Part shown: in pieces, positions 20,104 through 29,833 of the stretch | Layout of the letters: every line of letters begins with the position of its first letter | Numbering within the stretch: position 1 is the first letter of the stretch | Source: an uncultured Candidatus Saccharibacteria bacterium | GTDB taxonomy: Bacteria; Patescibacteriota; Minisyncoccia; SW-4-49-11 | Length of the DNA: 64,000 nt | Reading direction: 5' to 3' | Assembly (NCBI GenBank): GCA_964633865.1 | Contig: CAZWIJ010000001.1 | Span: 2,352-66,351, forward strand | Translations under genes and position numbers: made by a program | The notes under the pieces: model-generated | The model's database searches: none | Told to the model about the DNA's origin: nothing | What the model saw: the letters and a program-made list of their open reading frames with translations, nothing else

Positions 20104-21747
20104 TTATTGAAGAGGATTAGTCACAACTTTATTTGGTGGTCTATAATTAGAGAAGAATTCATCTTTTCTTAATAATTGTCCATTTTCATAAATTTCACGA
20201 TAGGCGACAGTCTTCCTAGAACCATCTTTATTAGAAGATAAAGTAATAGGACCAATTATCTTAGAAGTTTTGGTTTGAGGAGCTCCATATATCTGGTAGT
20301 ATATTTTAGTCCCTACTATATAGTGCTGAATCAATATATAATTATTAGTTGTATTTTTAAATTTGAAGTCAGGTTTAGGAATATAAATAGTAGCATCTAA
20401 TCCAGGTGTACCATAATAGGGAACTATATATGAATGGTTTTGTCTTTCTGTAATATCAAGAGAAGCATTAAGAGCAGCTCTAAACAAAGTTGTGGAAACT
20501 TGACAGACACCACCTCCGTATTCTGGTATAGTTTGATTTCCTTTTATAACTAATTCAGGTACATATCCAGTACTTGCATTTACTGCACCTAGTCTTGTTA
20601 CAAAAGAAAACTCTTGATCTGGAGCTATCAAGTAACCAGATATTTTATTAGCAGCCACATTGATATTTTTTACACGACTAGCACTAGATCCTCTAAAATC
20701 AGATTCTCCAGTTCCTAATAAAGTTGTAATTCCAAGAGAATCTAAATTCTCAGAGTCAACATTTGCTTTTGTAATAGCAATGAACATATCAGTAGAATTT
20801 TTACCTTCCAAAATATTAGAAGATATTCTTCGGGCTGTTTCTTCTACCATCAAATCAAGTCCTTCCCTAGATGGAGTAGATGCTTCAAGTTTATTGGTAT
20901 TATTATTAAATCTTACCGTAGCATTCTGAGGTTTTTGTGAAACTTGACTAGATATTGTTTTTAGATATTCTATTATTTGTTCTGTGTTTAAATTTAATTC
21001 TTGATCATCATATTTGATCCAAGTAATAACTTTATCTTTTGGTATATCTAATGATATATGGTTTGCTGTTATCTTATGATCTTTGACTACAGACTTAATT
21101 TTAGCTAAATTTTCTTCCAAAAATTGTTGATTTAAATTAGCTTTCTCAATATTCATTTCTACATTAACTGTAAGATTTTCATTTAATATAGACTTTACAA
21201 TATCATTAGCTAAATTAGCGGAGTTAACAGTTTGACCATTTTTTTCAGGAATTACAATTATATCTCCATTTTTTATTGATAGACTAGCATCTTGTGATTC
21301 ATTTATAAACTCTGAAAAATATTCATTTATAACCTTAGTAAATTTTTCTTGATCTATATTATATTCCCAGGTTAGTTTTTCTTCTTTCCAGAATATTAAA
21401 ATACCTTTCAAAAATTCACTTCTTTTAGAGTTATAAGCTTTAACTAAAGTTTTATCTAATAAAAGTTCTATTCCAAGTTCTGGTAAAGTAGTTTCTTGTG
21501 TAAAATTTTCTTTGACCAAGTTTATTTTAGTTGTTTCAAGTTTTTCTTTTTCTAAAGTTAATTTTGTAAGACCATCTTTTAGTGTGAGATTACTTAAATT
21601 AGCTTTTTCTATAAAAGTTTGTGGGTAAATTTTTTCTTTATAACCTATTATAAAAATAAAAAATAATATTAATGCAATAGCTGTTATGAATATTAAAGTT
21701 ATGAGAATTATTTTAAGATATTTAATAATAAGTGTTTCAGAATTCAT
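20104..21747 (-). CDS. VanW-domain protein (membrane-anchored)
   Basis: N-terminal TM. The C-terminal 'GGGVCQVSTTLFRAAL' is the VanW signature. Confidence 0.65.
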   Translation of the reverse strand: MNSETLIIKYLKIILITLIFITAIALILFFIFIIGYKEKIYPQTFIEKANLSNLTLKDGLTKLTLEKEKLETTKINLVKENFTQETTLPELGIELLLDKTLVKAYNSKRSEFLKGILIFWKEEKLTWEYNIDQEKFTKVINEYFSEFINESQDASLSIKNGDIIVIPEKNGQTVNSANLANDIVKSILNENLTVNVEMNIEKANLNQQFLEENLAKIKSVVKDHKITANHISLDIPKDKVITWIKYDDQELNLNTEQIIEYLKTISSQVSQKPQNATVRFNNNTNKLEASTPSREGLDLMVEETARRISSNILEGKNSTDMFIAITKANVDSENLDSLGITTLLGTGESDFRGSSASRVKNINVAANKISGYLIAPDQEFSFVTRLGAVNASTGYVPELVIKGNQTIPEYGGGVCQVSTTLFRAALNASLDITERQNHSYIVPYYGTPGLDATIYIPKPDFKFKNTTNNYILIQHYIVGTKIYYQIYGAPQTKTSKIIGPITLSSNKDGSRKTVAYREIYENGQLLRKDEFFSNYRPPNKVVTNPLQ

Positions 21748-21869
21748 TTTATTTAGGTTATATAATCATATTAATATCTTATCATAAAAGTATTAATTTT
21801 AACAATTGTTTTTTAAAAAAATTAAAGGATAGAAAAAAAGTTCTTTAATTTTTAGAAAAAGTTTATATT

Positions 21870-22664
21870 TTATTTTCTATTAATAATAGTACTAAACACA
21901 AATAAAAATAAATTAACCATAATAATTGTTGCACCAGAAGGAAGATTAAATTTAAAAGAAATTAAGATTCCAATGAAAATAGAAAATATAGAGATGATAC
22001 CTGAGTTAATAAGAGTTTGCTTAAATCCACTAGATATTTGGAGAGAAGTATTCGCAGGGATAATTATTAGGGCAGATACAAGCATAATCCCAACCATACG
22101 AATTGCAAGTACAATGGTGATTGCTGTCAAGATAGAGAGAATTGATTGAATCAAATTAACTTTTACTCCGGAAACTTTGGCTTGCTCCATATCAAAAGTG
22201 ATATACAAAAGATCATAATAATAAAGATAAATGACAGATAGAATAATAACAGATAAGATAATAGAAAAAAATAATTCAGGTCTGGTAATAGTCAAAATAT
22301 TACCAAATAGATAACTAAATAAATCAATATTAAAACCTTTTCCAATACTAGAAAAAATTACTCCGGTAGAAATTCCAAAGGCACTGATAATCCCAATAGA
22401 GCTATCTCCATCTAGAAAAGATTTTTGAATCAAGAATTGAATTAGTAGTGAAGCCAAAATAACAATAGGAATAGCTATCCATAAAGGATAAATACCAAAG
22501 AATAAGCCAATAGCAATAGCTCCAAAACTTAAATGAGATAATCCATCACCAATCAAAGATAATTTTTTTAATACCAGAAAAACACCTAGAATAGCTGTTA
22601 GTAGCCCAATAAAAATACCACTAATTATGGCATTTTGGATAAAAGTATATTGAAAAATTTCCAT
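21870..22664 (-). CDS. znuB: metal (Zn/Mn) ABC transporter permease
   Basis: ABC-3 family polytopic permease, last gene of the 3-gene operon. Confidence 0.7.
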   Translation of the reverse strand: MEIFQYTFIQNAIISGIFIGLLTAILGVFLVLKKLSLIGDGLSHLSFGAIAIGLFFGIYPLWIAIPIVILASLLIQFLIQKSFLDGDSSIGIISAFGISTGVIFSSIGKGFNIDLFSYLFGNILTITRPELFFSIILSVIILSVIYLYYYDLLYITFDMEQAKVSGVKVNLIQSILSILTAITIVLAIRMVGIMLVSALIIIPANTSLQISSGFKQTLINSGIISIFSIFIGILISFKFNLPSGATIIMVNLFLFVFSTIINRK

Positions 22665-22667
22665 AAA

Positions 22668-23441
22668 TTAAATATTATGTTGTTTGCAAATTGAATGATG
22701 TTCTGAATCACTAAAATACATATTCATAGAATCATCTTGACAAAATTCTGATAAATCTCCCCAGAAAACTAGTTTTTTATTCAAGAAAAGAATTTTATTA
22801 GCAAATTCTTTGAGACTATTTATGTCATGAGTTATTAGTAAAATAGTTATTTTGTGATCAGTATTTAAAGATTTCAAAATTTCTAAGAAATCTTTTCTAA
22901 TCTCAGGGTCAAGAGCATTGGTTGGTTCATCTAGAATTAATAATTCAGGGTTAGAAACAATAGTTTTAGCTAAAAAGACTCTTTGTTGTTGTCCTCCTGA
23001 TAATTCTTTTAGTGAATAATCTTTTAAATCTGAAATTTGTAATTTCTGAAGAGCATCCATAACAGCCAAATTATCTTCCCTAGAAGGTATTTTAGGGAAT
23101 TTTAATAAAGATATTCTGCCAAGCATAACAATTTCAAAGACAGTGGATGGAAAATTTATAGATCTTATAGCTTGCTTTTGAGATAAATAACCTATTTTAT
23201 ACCAATTATTAAATTTAGATAATGACTCATCGAATAAATTTATCTCTCCAGTAAAACTTTGTAAACCAAGTAGAGCTCTTATCATAGTTGTTTTCCCAGC
23301 TCCATTTGGTCCAAATATTCCTACGAAATCTCCTTTTTCAATATTAAGAGATATGTTATTTAATATTATTGAATTTTGTATTGTAACAGATAAATTTTTT
23401 ATTTTGATAATATTTTTCATATATAAATTATTTACATCCAA
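22668..23441 (-). CDS. znuC: metal ABC transporter ATP-binding protein
   Basis: Walker A 'GPNGAGKTT', signature 'LSGGQQQRV' and Walker B 'ILDEPT'. Confidence 0.75.
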   Translation of the reverse strand: MDVNNLYMKNIIKIKNLSVTIQNSIILNNISLNIEKGDFVGIFGPNGAGKTTMIRALLGLQSFTGEINLFDESLSKFNNWYKIGYLSQKQAIRSINFPSTVFEIVMLGRISLLKFPKIPSREDNLAVMDALQKLQISDLKDYSLKELSGGQQQRVFLAKTIVSNPELLILDEPTNALDPEIRKDFLEILKSLNTDHKITILLITHDINSLKEFANKILFLNKKLVFWGDLSEFCQDDSMNMYFSDSEHHSICKQHNI

Positions 23442-24420
23442 GACCTAATTCTAGTTCATTTAGATTATTTCTCATTATATCAAAGAAAGTAATATTTTGT
23501 TCAAATTCGTTTCGGCTAATATTAGAAGCTGCGCTAATTGCTCTTACAGGAACACCTGTTTCACTAGATATTAAATTAGCTATTTTAGGGTCAACTAATT
23601 CTTCTGTAAAAACAGCTTTTGTGTTTGAGTTTTTAACAATCTCAACTAATTTAACTATATCTTGAGCTGTGGGCTCTGAATCAGGAGTAAATCCTTGAGC
23701 TGATGTATAAGCTAAGCCATACTTTTTAGCTAAGTATCCAAAAGCATAGTGTCCTCCATGAACCAATGACCTACTGGAGCAAGCATTCAGTCCATTTTGA
23801 AAATCTTGATCTAATTTAGTTAAATTATCTTTGTATAATTCAGCATTTTTTATATATAAAGCTGAATTTTTAGAATCTTTTTCTTGTAGCTTTGTAGATA
23901 TTGTATTTACCATAATTTTTGTGTTATCAAAATCTAGCCAAAAATGAGGATCTTTAGTATGAGAATGATCTTCTTTTTCTTCATCATTATGATCTTCTCC
24001 TTCATGAATATCTTTATCTTCTTCTATTTCTAATAAAGTAATTCCTTCACTAACATCAACTATTAAAGGAGGATTTTCTAAACTGTCTATGACTTTGGAT
24101 ACCCCAGGCTCCATCTCAGATCCGGTATAAATAAATATGTCAGCTTGATTTATCTCTTGTATATCAAGTGGAGTTGGTTCAAAAGAATGAGCTTCTACAC
24201 CAGGAGGTAATAATAGAGTAACTTGATTAGAGTTTGATACAGATTTAGCTATGTCATAAACAGGGAATAGGGTAGTGACAATTTTTAATTTGGTCTGATT
24301 AGAGTTAGAACTCAATGTAGAGGTCAAATCTTTATTTTCATCAGTTGAGATCAAATAGTAGCTTAAGCTAACAAAAGTAATTAAAGCGATACCTAAAAAA
24401 AATAGTTTTTGCTTACTCAT
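23428..24420 (-). CDS. znuA: metal ABC transporter substrate-binding lipoprotein with His/acidic loop (ZnuA/TroA-like)
   Basis: Cluster-9 SBP fold. The loop 'HEGEDHNDEEKEDHSHTKDPHFWLD' resembles the ZnuA His-rich loop. Overlaps znuC by 14 nt. Confidence 0.7.
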   Translation of the reverse strand: MSKQKLFFLGIALITFVSLSYYLISTDENKDLTSTLSSNSNQTKLKIVTTLFPVYDIAKSVSNSNQVTLLLPPGVEAHSFEPTPLDIQEINQADIFIYTGSEMEPGVSKVIDSLENPPLIVDVSEGITLLEIEEDKDIHEGEDHNDEEKEDHSHTKDPHFWLDFDNTKIMVNTISTKLQEKDSKNSALYIKNAELYKDNLTKLDQDFQNGLNACSSRSLVHGGHYAFGYLAKKYGLAYTSAQGFTPDSEPTAQDIVKLVEIVKNSNTKAVFTEELVDPKIANLISSETGVPVRAISAASNISRNEFEQNITFFDIMRNNLNELELGLGCK

Positions 24421-24530
24421 AAATTATTCTTTTAAATGTTAATATTAATTATTATAAAACATAAATAATATAAATGCAAGTTTTTTGCAAAAAAATAAGA
24501 TATATAGATATAACAATATATAATCATTTG

Positions 24531-24560
24531 ACAATATAATAATATATTGTTATCATTAAG
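24531..24560. promoter_or_regulatory. candidate Zur/Fur-box operator in the znuA upstream region
   Basis: 8-4-8 palindrome ACAATATA-ATAA-TATATTGT (24531-24550), followed by 'TTATCATTA', a Fur-box-like core. An ACAATATA half-site is repeated at 24513-24520. Lies about 110 nt upstream of znuA, between it and divergent small ORF 24593..24793. Confidence 0.3.
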
Positions 24561-24592
24561 GATGAACAAAATTTTATTTAAGAGGTCAATAT

Positions 24593-24793
24593 ATGTGTAT
24601 ACACACAGCAACTTTCAAAGGAAAAAATGTCAGAATAGTCTTGAGAAATGGCACGGTTTTTGAGGATAAGTACCTTGATACGAAATCAAGGTATATTCTT
24701 TTTCAAAAAAAAGGATGGGTTCTAAAAGAAACTATAAAGAACTTTAGTATAAGGCAGCTAAGATCAGGACAAAGGTATCCTAAAATGATTTGA
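24593..24793 (+). CDS. hypothetical small basic protein (66 aa)
   Basis: Good SD 'AAGAGG' 7 nt before the ATG. Divergent from znuA. No recognisable motif. Confidence 0.3.
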   Translation: MCIHTATFKGKNVRIVLRNGTVFEDKYLDTKSRYILFQKKGWVLKETIKNFSIRQLRSGQRYPKMI

Positions 24794-24801
24794 AAATAAT
24801 T

Positions 24802-25815
24802 TTAAATTTTTACTAGATTAGACTCTTCACCTGCAAGAGTCTTTTTTATATTATCAACTGTTGTTTCTAATATTCTATAATTAGCTTCGATTGAGTTAAA
24901 TCCATTATGAGGGGTTACTATGACTCGAGGATCTTTTATTAAATAGTGACTTTGTAGTACAGTATGTAGGTCACATTCACCCTTGAAATCTTTGGATAAA
25001 AGCATTTTGTGATCCTTTATATAACATTCTTCTTCTAGGACATCAAGTCCAGCCCCAGAAATAATATTATTTTCTAGTCCCCAGATTAATGCATCTGTAT
25101 CGATCAAACCACCTCTAGCAGTATTAATAATATAAACACCTTTTTTCATTTTTTGGATAGCTTCTTTGTTAATAATATGATGAGTTTCAGAATTATAATT
25201 TGTATGTAGAGAGATTATGTCTGAGGAATTTAATAGCTCATCTAATGATACATATTTAAATCCTAATTCTAAACCCAAATCTTCTCTTGGAAAAGCATCA
25301 AAAGCTTTAATTTTCATGTCGAATCCTTTTGCAATTTTAGCTGTATGATAACCAATTCTTCCCATTCCAATAATACCTAAAGTTTTTCCTTTTAAATCAA
25401 ATCCTAATAATCCTTCAGGTGAAAAATTTAATTCAGCAGTTCTTTCTAAAGATTCATAAATTCTTCTTGATAATGCTAAAATCAAAGCAAAAGTATGTTC
25501 TGCAACTGTGTTTTCTCCATAAAAAGGGACATTATGTACAGAAATATTTTTTGATTTACAATAATTGATATCAATATGATCAAATCCAGTAGACATTGTA
25601 AATATAGCTTTCAAATTTGGCATAGCATCAATTATCTCCTTGGTAACTTGTGAATAAACAAAAACTACTAAATATTCTGAATCACTATATTCTTTAGCTA
25701 AATCTAAATTTATAGATTCTTTTACATAATTTATTTTTGAATCTGATTTTAGGTTTTTTTCAAAGTATTCTTTTTGGAAAGATTCGATTTCAAATATAGT
25801 AATCTCATTTTGCAT
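24802..25815 (-). CDS. D-isomer-specific 2-hydroxyacid dehydrogenase (D-lactate/phosphoglycerate dehydrogenase-like)
   Basis: NAD-binding 'GIIGMGRIGYHTAKIAKGFDMKIKAFD' and a catalytic His in 'VIVTPHNG'. Confidence 0.75.
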   Translation of the reverse strand: MQNEITIFEIESFQKEYFEKNLKSDSKINYVKESINLDLAKEYSDSEYLVVFVYSQVTKEIIDAMPNLKAIFTMSTGFDHIDINYCKSKNISVHNVPFYGENTVAEHTFALILALSRRIYESLERTAELNFSPEGLLGFDLKGKTLGIIGMGRIGYHTAKIAKGFDMKIKAFDAFPREDLGLELGFKYVSLDELLNSSDIISLHTNYNSETHHIINKEAIQKMKKGVYIINTARGGLIDTDALIWGLENNIISGAGLDVLEEECYIKDHKMLLSKDFKGECDLHTVLQSHYLIKDPRVIVTPHNGFNSIEANYRILETTVDNIKKTLAGEESNLVKI

Positions 25816-25938
25816 ATATATTTTATTTAAATTTATAAATTCTAACTACAATTTTATTATATAATTAAAATTGTATATTTAAAAGAGTAAAAAAATATGT
25901 TAATATGAATTTATGATAAAAATATTAGGAAAATAATT

Positions 25939-26691
25939 ATGATAAATATAGATTTAGCTTTTATAATATCTAGTTTTATAGCTGGTATTTTGACATTTCT
26001 TGCTCCTTGTACATTCCCTTTGATTCCAGCATATATAGGGTTTATCACTGGTGAAGGCTCTATAGATAAAAATAAAAATTATAAAAAAGACATACTTTAT
26101 AATGGAATATTTTTTGTTCTTGGATTCACATTGATATTTGTTTTATTTGGATTATTTGCAATTAGCTTAGCTAAATTGATAGGTCCTAATTATAGGCAAA
26201 TACTTTCTCGTATAGGAGCTGTAATTATTATATTTTTTGGCTTAAATCTATTAGGTGTATTTAAATTAAAATTTTTACAACAAACAATCAATTTGAAATT
26301 TCCACGATATATGACCCCAGGAAGTAAAAGAAGTTCATTTTTGTTAGGAGTTTCACTTGCTTTTGGGTGGAGTCCTTGTATTGGTCCTATTTTGGGAAGT
26401 ATTCTTACTTTAACTTTCAATGTAAGTACAGTCTATTCTGGAGTGTTAATGATGTTAGTTTTTTCTATCGGATTAGCGGTACCATTTATTTTGACAGCAA
26501 TTTTTATAGGAGAATTTACGGGATTTATAAAAAAAATAGAATCTGCCACAGTATGGATATCTAAATTAAGTGGATTAATTCTAATCTTTATAGGTGTTCT
26601 TTTAATGACAAATTATTTTGGTTATTTTAGTAATAAAATTTTCAAGTGGTTTGATTTCTTTAATTATGATTCATTATTAGATTTATTATAA
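25939..26691 (+). CDS. ccdA: cytochrome c biogenesis / thiol-disulfide electron transporter CcdA (DsbD-family)
   Basis: Six TM helices. Cys in 'LAPCTFPLIPAY' and in 'WSPCIGPILG' are the CcdA signature pair. Confidence 0.7.
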   Translation: MINIDLAFIISSFIAGILTFLAPCTFPLIPAYIGFITGEGSIDKNKNYKKDILYNGIFFVLGFTLIFVLFGLFAISLAKLIGPNYRQILSRIGAVIIIFFGLNLLGVFKLKFLQQTINLKFPRYMTPGSKRSSFLLGVSLAFGWSPCIGPILGSILTLTFNVSTVYSGVLMMLVFSIGLAVPFILTAIFIGEFTGFIKKIESATVWISKLSGLILIFIGVLLMTNYFGYFSNKIFKWFDFFNYDSLLDLL

Positions 26692-26694
26692 AAT

Positions 26695-27447
26695 ATGAAA
26701 TACTTAATAAAAAACAAAATTTTCTTAATCTCAAGCATAATAATATTTTTTATTAGCTTTTTTCCTGTTTATTTCATTTTTAATCCAAATGATTTTCCAT
26801 TTGACATAAATATATTTATTGGAGTATCTGTTTTTAGTAGTATAATATTCTTTTTCCCAATTTTATATATATGTTTTAAAAGTTTTAAGAAGCACTTTTT
26901 TAGTCTGATTTTAATATCTTTTTATGCTATTTTAATAGAAAATATAGCTATATTAACAGGATTCCCTTATTCAAAATTTGTGTATTCTAATTTGATGGGC
27001 CCAAAATTTTTATTTGTTCCAATTACTTTGCCATTTGCTTGGATACCAATATTTTTTCTAGCTCTTATTATAGTTTATAAGATTAAAAATAAAATGACCA
27101 AAATAATTTCAGGAGGATTAATTATGACATATTTTGATCTTGTCCTAGATCCTGGAGCCACAAATATAGGTTTTTGGATATGGGAAATTAAATCAGGTTT
27201 TTATAATGTACCATATATAAATTTTTTTGGTTGGATCTTGACAAGTACATTAGCATTTATTCTTTGGGAATCAATTTATCCCAAATTCTCACCTAAAGTT
27301 CAAGACCAAAAATATTTACTTTTGTCAGGTATATATACCTTAGTATTCTTTATGGGAGTTAATTTTTGGTTAGGGCAAATAATTCCAGTAATATTAGGAC
27401 TAATTTTATGGATATATATTTATAAAAATTTTTTTATTAAAAAATAA
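26695..27447 (+). CDS. polytopic membrane protein (possibly PF04240 carotenoid-synthesis-associated-like)
   Basis: Seven hydrophobic helices. 'DLVLDPGATNIGFWIWE' and 'PYINFFGW' are reminiscent of the Caroten_synth family. Weak. Confidence 0.3.
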   Translation: MKYLIKNKIFLISSIIIFFISFFPVYFIFNPNDFPFDINIFIGVSVFSSIIFFFPILYICFKSFKKHFFSLILISFYAILIENIAILTGFPYSKFVYSNLMGPKFLFVPITLPFAWIPIFFLALIIVYKIKNKMTKIISGGLIMTYFDLVLDPGATNIGFWIWEIKSGFYNVPYINFFGWILTSTLAFILWESIYPKFSPKVQDQKYLLLSGIYTLVFFMGVNFWLGQIIPVILGLILWIYIYKNFFIKK

Positions 27448-27450
27448 TAT

Positions 27451-28068
27451 ATGAAAAAAATTTTAATCATAGATTTTAATAAAACATTACAAGATAGATT
27501 AATGTGGCAAAGTATAAAAGATCCAGAAAATCCCTTATACGGAAATTTTGACAGAATAGATAATTTTATTTTCAAAGAAAGAAGAGATTTATTAGAAGCT
27601 TGGCTGATAGGGAGTATCAATACTGAAGATGTTCATGAAGAAATAAGTGATAAATTAAATCTAGACTATAAAATACTTTTGGATAGCTTTATCTATGATT
27701 GTGAACAGATGATAGTGAATGAAGAGTTTTTATTTGTCCTAGAAAAATTACAAGAAAAATTTTGGTTAATCCTAGCAACTGATAATATGGATAGTTTTGA
27801 TAGATTTATCCTACCACAAAATCCATATTTGAAGGTTTTATTTGACGAAATCCATAATTCTTATAATTTAAGGATTAGAAAATCCACTAATAATGGAGAA
27901 TATTTTAAAAGAGTTTTATACAAGTATAATATTTTAGCAAAAGATATGATATTAGTAGATGATTCTACCAAAAGTTGTTTACCTGCAAAGGAGATGGGAA
28001 TAGAAGTCTATCAACCTAAAAGTATAAAAGAAACACTTGATATTCTGAATAAGTTATCAACATATTGA
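27451..28068 (+). CDS. HAD-superfamily hydrolase-like protein
   Basis: Motif I-like 'ILIIDFNKTL' (DxN variant), 'ILATDN', and motif IV 'ILVDDS'. Confidence 0.4.
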   Translation: MKKILIIDFNKTLQDRLMWQSIKDPENPLYGNFDRIDNFIFKERRDLLEAWLIGSINTEDVHEEISDKLNLDYKILLDSFIYDCEQMIVNEEFLFVLEKLQEKFWLILATDNMDSFDRFILPQNPYLKVLFDEIHNSYNLRIRKSTNNGEYFKRVLYKYNILAKDMILVDDSTKSCLPAKEMGIEVYQPKSIKETLDILNKLSTY

Positions 28069-28124
28069 CAATATATAATCAAATCAAGTATAATAGGTAA
28101 TATATATACATAAATTATAATTAT

Positions 28125-28532
28125 ATGATAAATAAATTAAGTAAAATAATTTTAGGTTTAGGTTTGTTTTCAATATTAGGCTTTAATTTCTATGGTCTGA
28201 ATCTAAGTTTTGTAGAAATAGCCTCAGCTGGGATAGAAGTAACACAAGATACTAGAAATGCTGGAGTTATTCCTGATGTAGAATTAAATAATGAAGAAAC
28301 AAGCTTCATTGAGACAGTACAAATTTTTATTAATTGGATCTTAGGTTTCTTAGGAATTATTGTGTTTGGATTATTCTTGATTGCTGGATTTCAATATGCA
28401 ACTGCAGGTGGTGATGAAGGTACAACCAAAAAAGCACTGTCTACAATGACAAATGCTGTTATTGGTTTGATAATTCTATTCTTTGCTTTCTCCGCTACCA
28501 ATCTTATTGTTGGATTTGCATTAAATGTGTAG
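28125..28532 (+). CDS. secreted TrbC/VirB2-like (T4SS-pilin-like) hairpin protein, paralog 1
   Basis: Signal peptide (…VEIASA|G), a short ectodomain, then the conserved module 'INWILGFLGIIVFGLFLIAGFQYATAGGDEGTTKKA…VIGLIILFFAFSATNLIVGFAL'. Confidence 0.55.
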   Translation: MINKLSKIILGLGLFSILGFNFYGLNLSFVEIASAGIEVTQDTRNAGVIPDVELNNEETSFIETVQIFINWILGFLGIIVFGLFLIAGFQYATAGGDEGTTKKALSTMTNAVIGLIILFFAFSATNLIVGFALNV

Positions 28533-28553
28533 TAATTCCTATATTAAAAAAAA

Positions 28554-29360
28554 ATGAGACCAAAACAAAAAATAATTATATTAATAGTAACTATATTTAC
28601 TATTTTAAATATAAATATAGTTCTAGCTAATACACCTTGTACTAATAATTCACAGTGTAATTCTAATCAAATTTGTGAAGATAGTAAGTGTAAAGGAAAA
28701 TCAGGAGCTACATGTACTACTAGTTCAAGAACACTTACAGAAGCTGAATGGGAATCTTATGAAAATAATCCAGATGGACCAACTATAAATACTAGAATAG
28801 ATCCATCTGATAATTGTGAAATAGGACTTTTTTGTGATAATAAGAAAAAATGTTGTACTTATGGAGCATGTGATTGGGAAGGAACTCAACCCAATGATCC
28901 TAACCCTCCATCAGATCCTGATACTGATCCAGATGATGATATAGATCCAACAAACCCTACTTTTGATGATGGAAACTCTCTTGATGACACAGAATTTCAA
29001 GGTGGAGTATCAGTATCCAGAGATGAAAGTATTGATAGTGGAGATTTATCTACAGGTGGAAGTGGAGCAGGCTCAGAAAATAGAACAATTTTACTACCAG
29101 ATACAGAATTAAATGATAGTAATTCTAGTCTTCTTGGAGAAGTAGAGAGACTTATCAATTGGACTTTGGGATTTTTGGGTATATTGGTATTTAGTATGAT
29201 GTTATTTGCAGGATTTGAATATGCAACTGCAGGTGGAGATGAAGCTAAAACAAATAAGGCTATTTCCAGAATAAAAGCAACAGTGATTGGTTTAGTCATT
29301 TTATTCTTTGCATTTGTCACAACCAATCTTATTGTAGGGTTAGCTTTAGGTAGAATTTAG
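28554..29360 (+). CDS. secreted Cys-rich (10 Cys), Pro/Asp-rich ectodomain fused to TrbC/VirB2-like hairpin, paralog 2
   Basis: Signal peptide (VLA|NTP). A Cys-rich block 'CTNNSQCNSNQICEDSKCKG..TCTT…NCEIGLFCDNKKKCCTYGACDW', the linker 'PNDPNPPSDPDTDPDDDIDPTNP', and the same C-terminal module as its neighbours. Confidence 0.55.
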   Translation: MRPKQKIIILIVTIFTILNINIVLANTPCTNNSQCNSNQICEDSKCKGKSGATCTTSSRTLTEAEWESYENNPDGPTINTRIDPSDNCEIGLFCDNKKKCCTYGACDWEGTQPNDPNPPSDPDTDPDDDIDPTNPTFDDGNSLDDTEFQGGVSVSRDESIDSGDLSTGGSGAGSENRTILLPDTELNDSNSSLLGEVERLINWTLGFLGILVFSMMLFAGFEYATAGGDEAKTNKAISRIKATVIGLVILFFAFVTTNLIVGLALGRI

Positions 29361-29426
29361 AAATAATAATATTACAAAAATATAATATTTATGTTAATAT
29401 AATACTATATACTTAATTCAATTCAA

Positions 29427-29828
29427 ATGTCTACTAAAATAAAAATATTTCTCAATATAATAATACTCTCAATTATATTATTATCATTGAATGTTATCAC
29501 TATTTCATATGTAAATGCTGATGGATATGTAGCACCAGATGCAGAGAGAATAGGAGCTACAACTTTACCTAATACAGATGTGTATCAGTCTACAAGTCTT
29601 ATTGAAACAATAGAAATCTTTATCAATTGGGTATTGGGATTTTTGGGAATAATAGTATTTAGTATGTTTTTATTCTCAGGATTTGAATATGCAACCGCAG
29701 GTGGTGATGAAGGTAAGGCTAAGAAGTCAATAGAAAGAATCCAAAATACAGTAATAGGAATGATAATCTTATTTTTTGCTTTCGTCTCAACCAATTTAAT
29801 AGTGGGCTTATCTCTAGGTAGAATTTAA
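29427..29828 (+). CDS. secreted TrbC/VirB2-like hairpin protein, paralog 3
   Basis: Signal peptide (VNA|DGY). The C-terminal module 'INWVLGFLGIIVFSMFLFSGFEYATAGGDEGKAKKS…' is about 80% identical to paralog 2. Confidence 0.55.
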   Translation: MSTKIKIFLNIIILSIILLSLNVITISYVNADGYVAPDAERIGATTLPNTDVYQSTSLIETIEIFINWVLGFLGIIVFSMFLFSGFEYATAGGDEGKAKKSIERIQNTVIGMIILFFAFVSTNLIVGLSLGRI

Positions 29829-29833
29829 ATTAT

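Noticed and set aside
27420-27620. 66-aa minus-strand ORF overlapping the start of the HAD-like gene
   Set aside because: It overlaps two plus-strand genes in a tightly packed operon and has no support.
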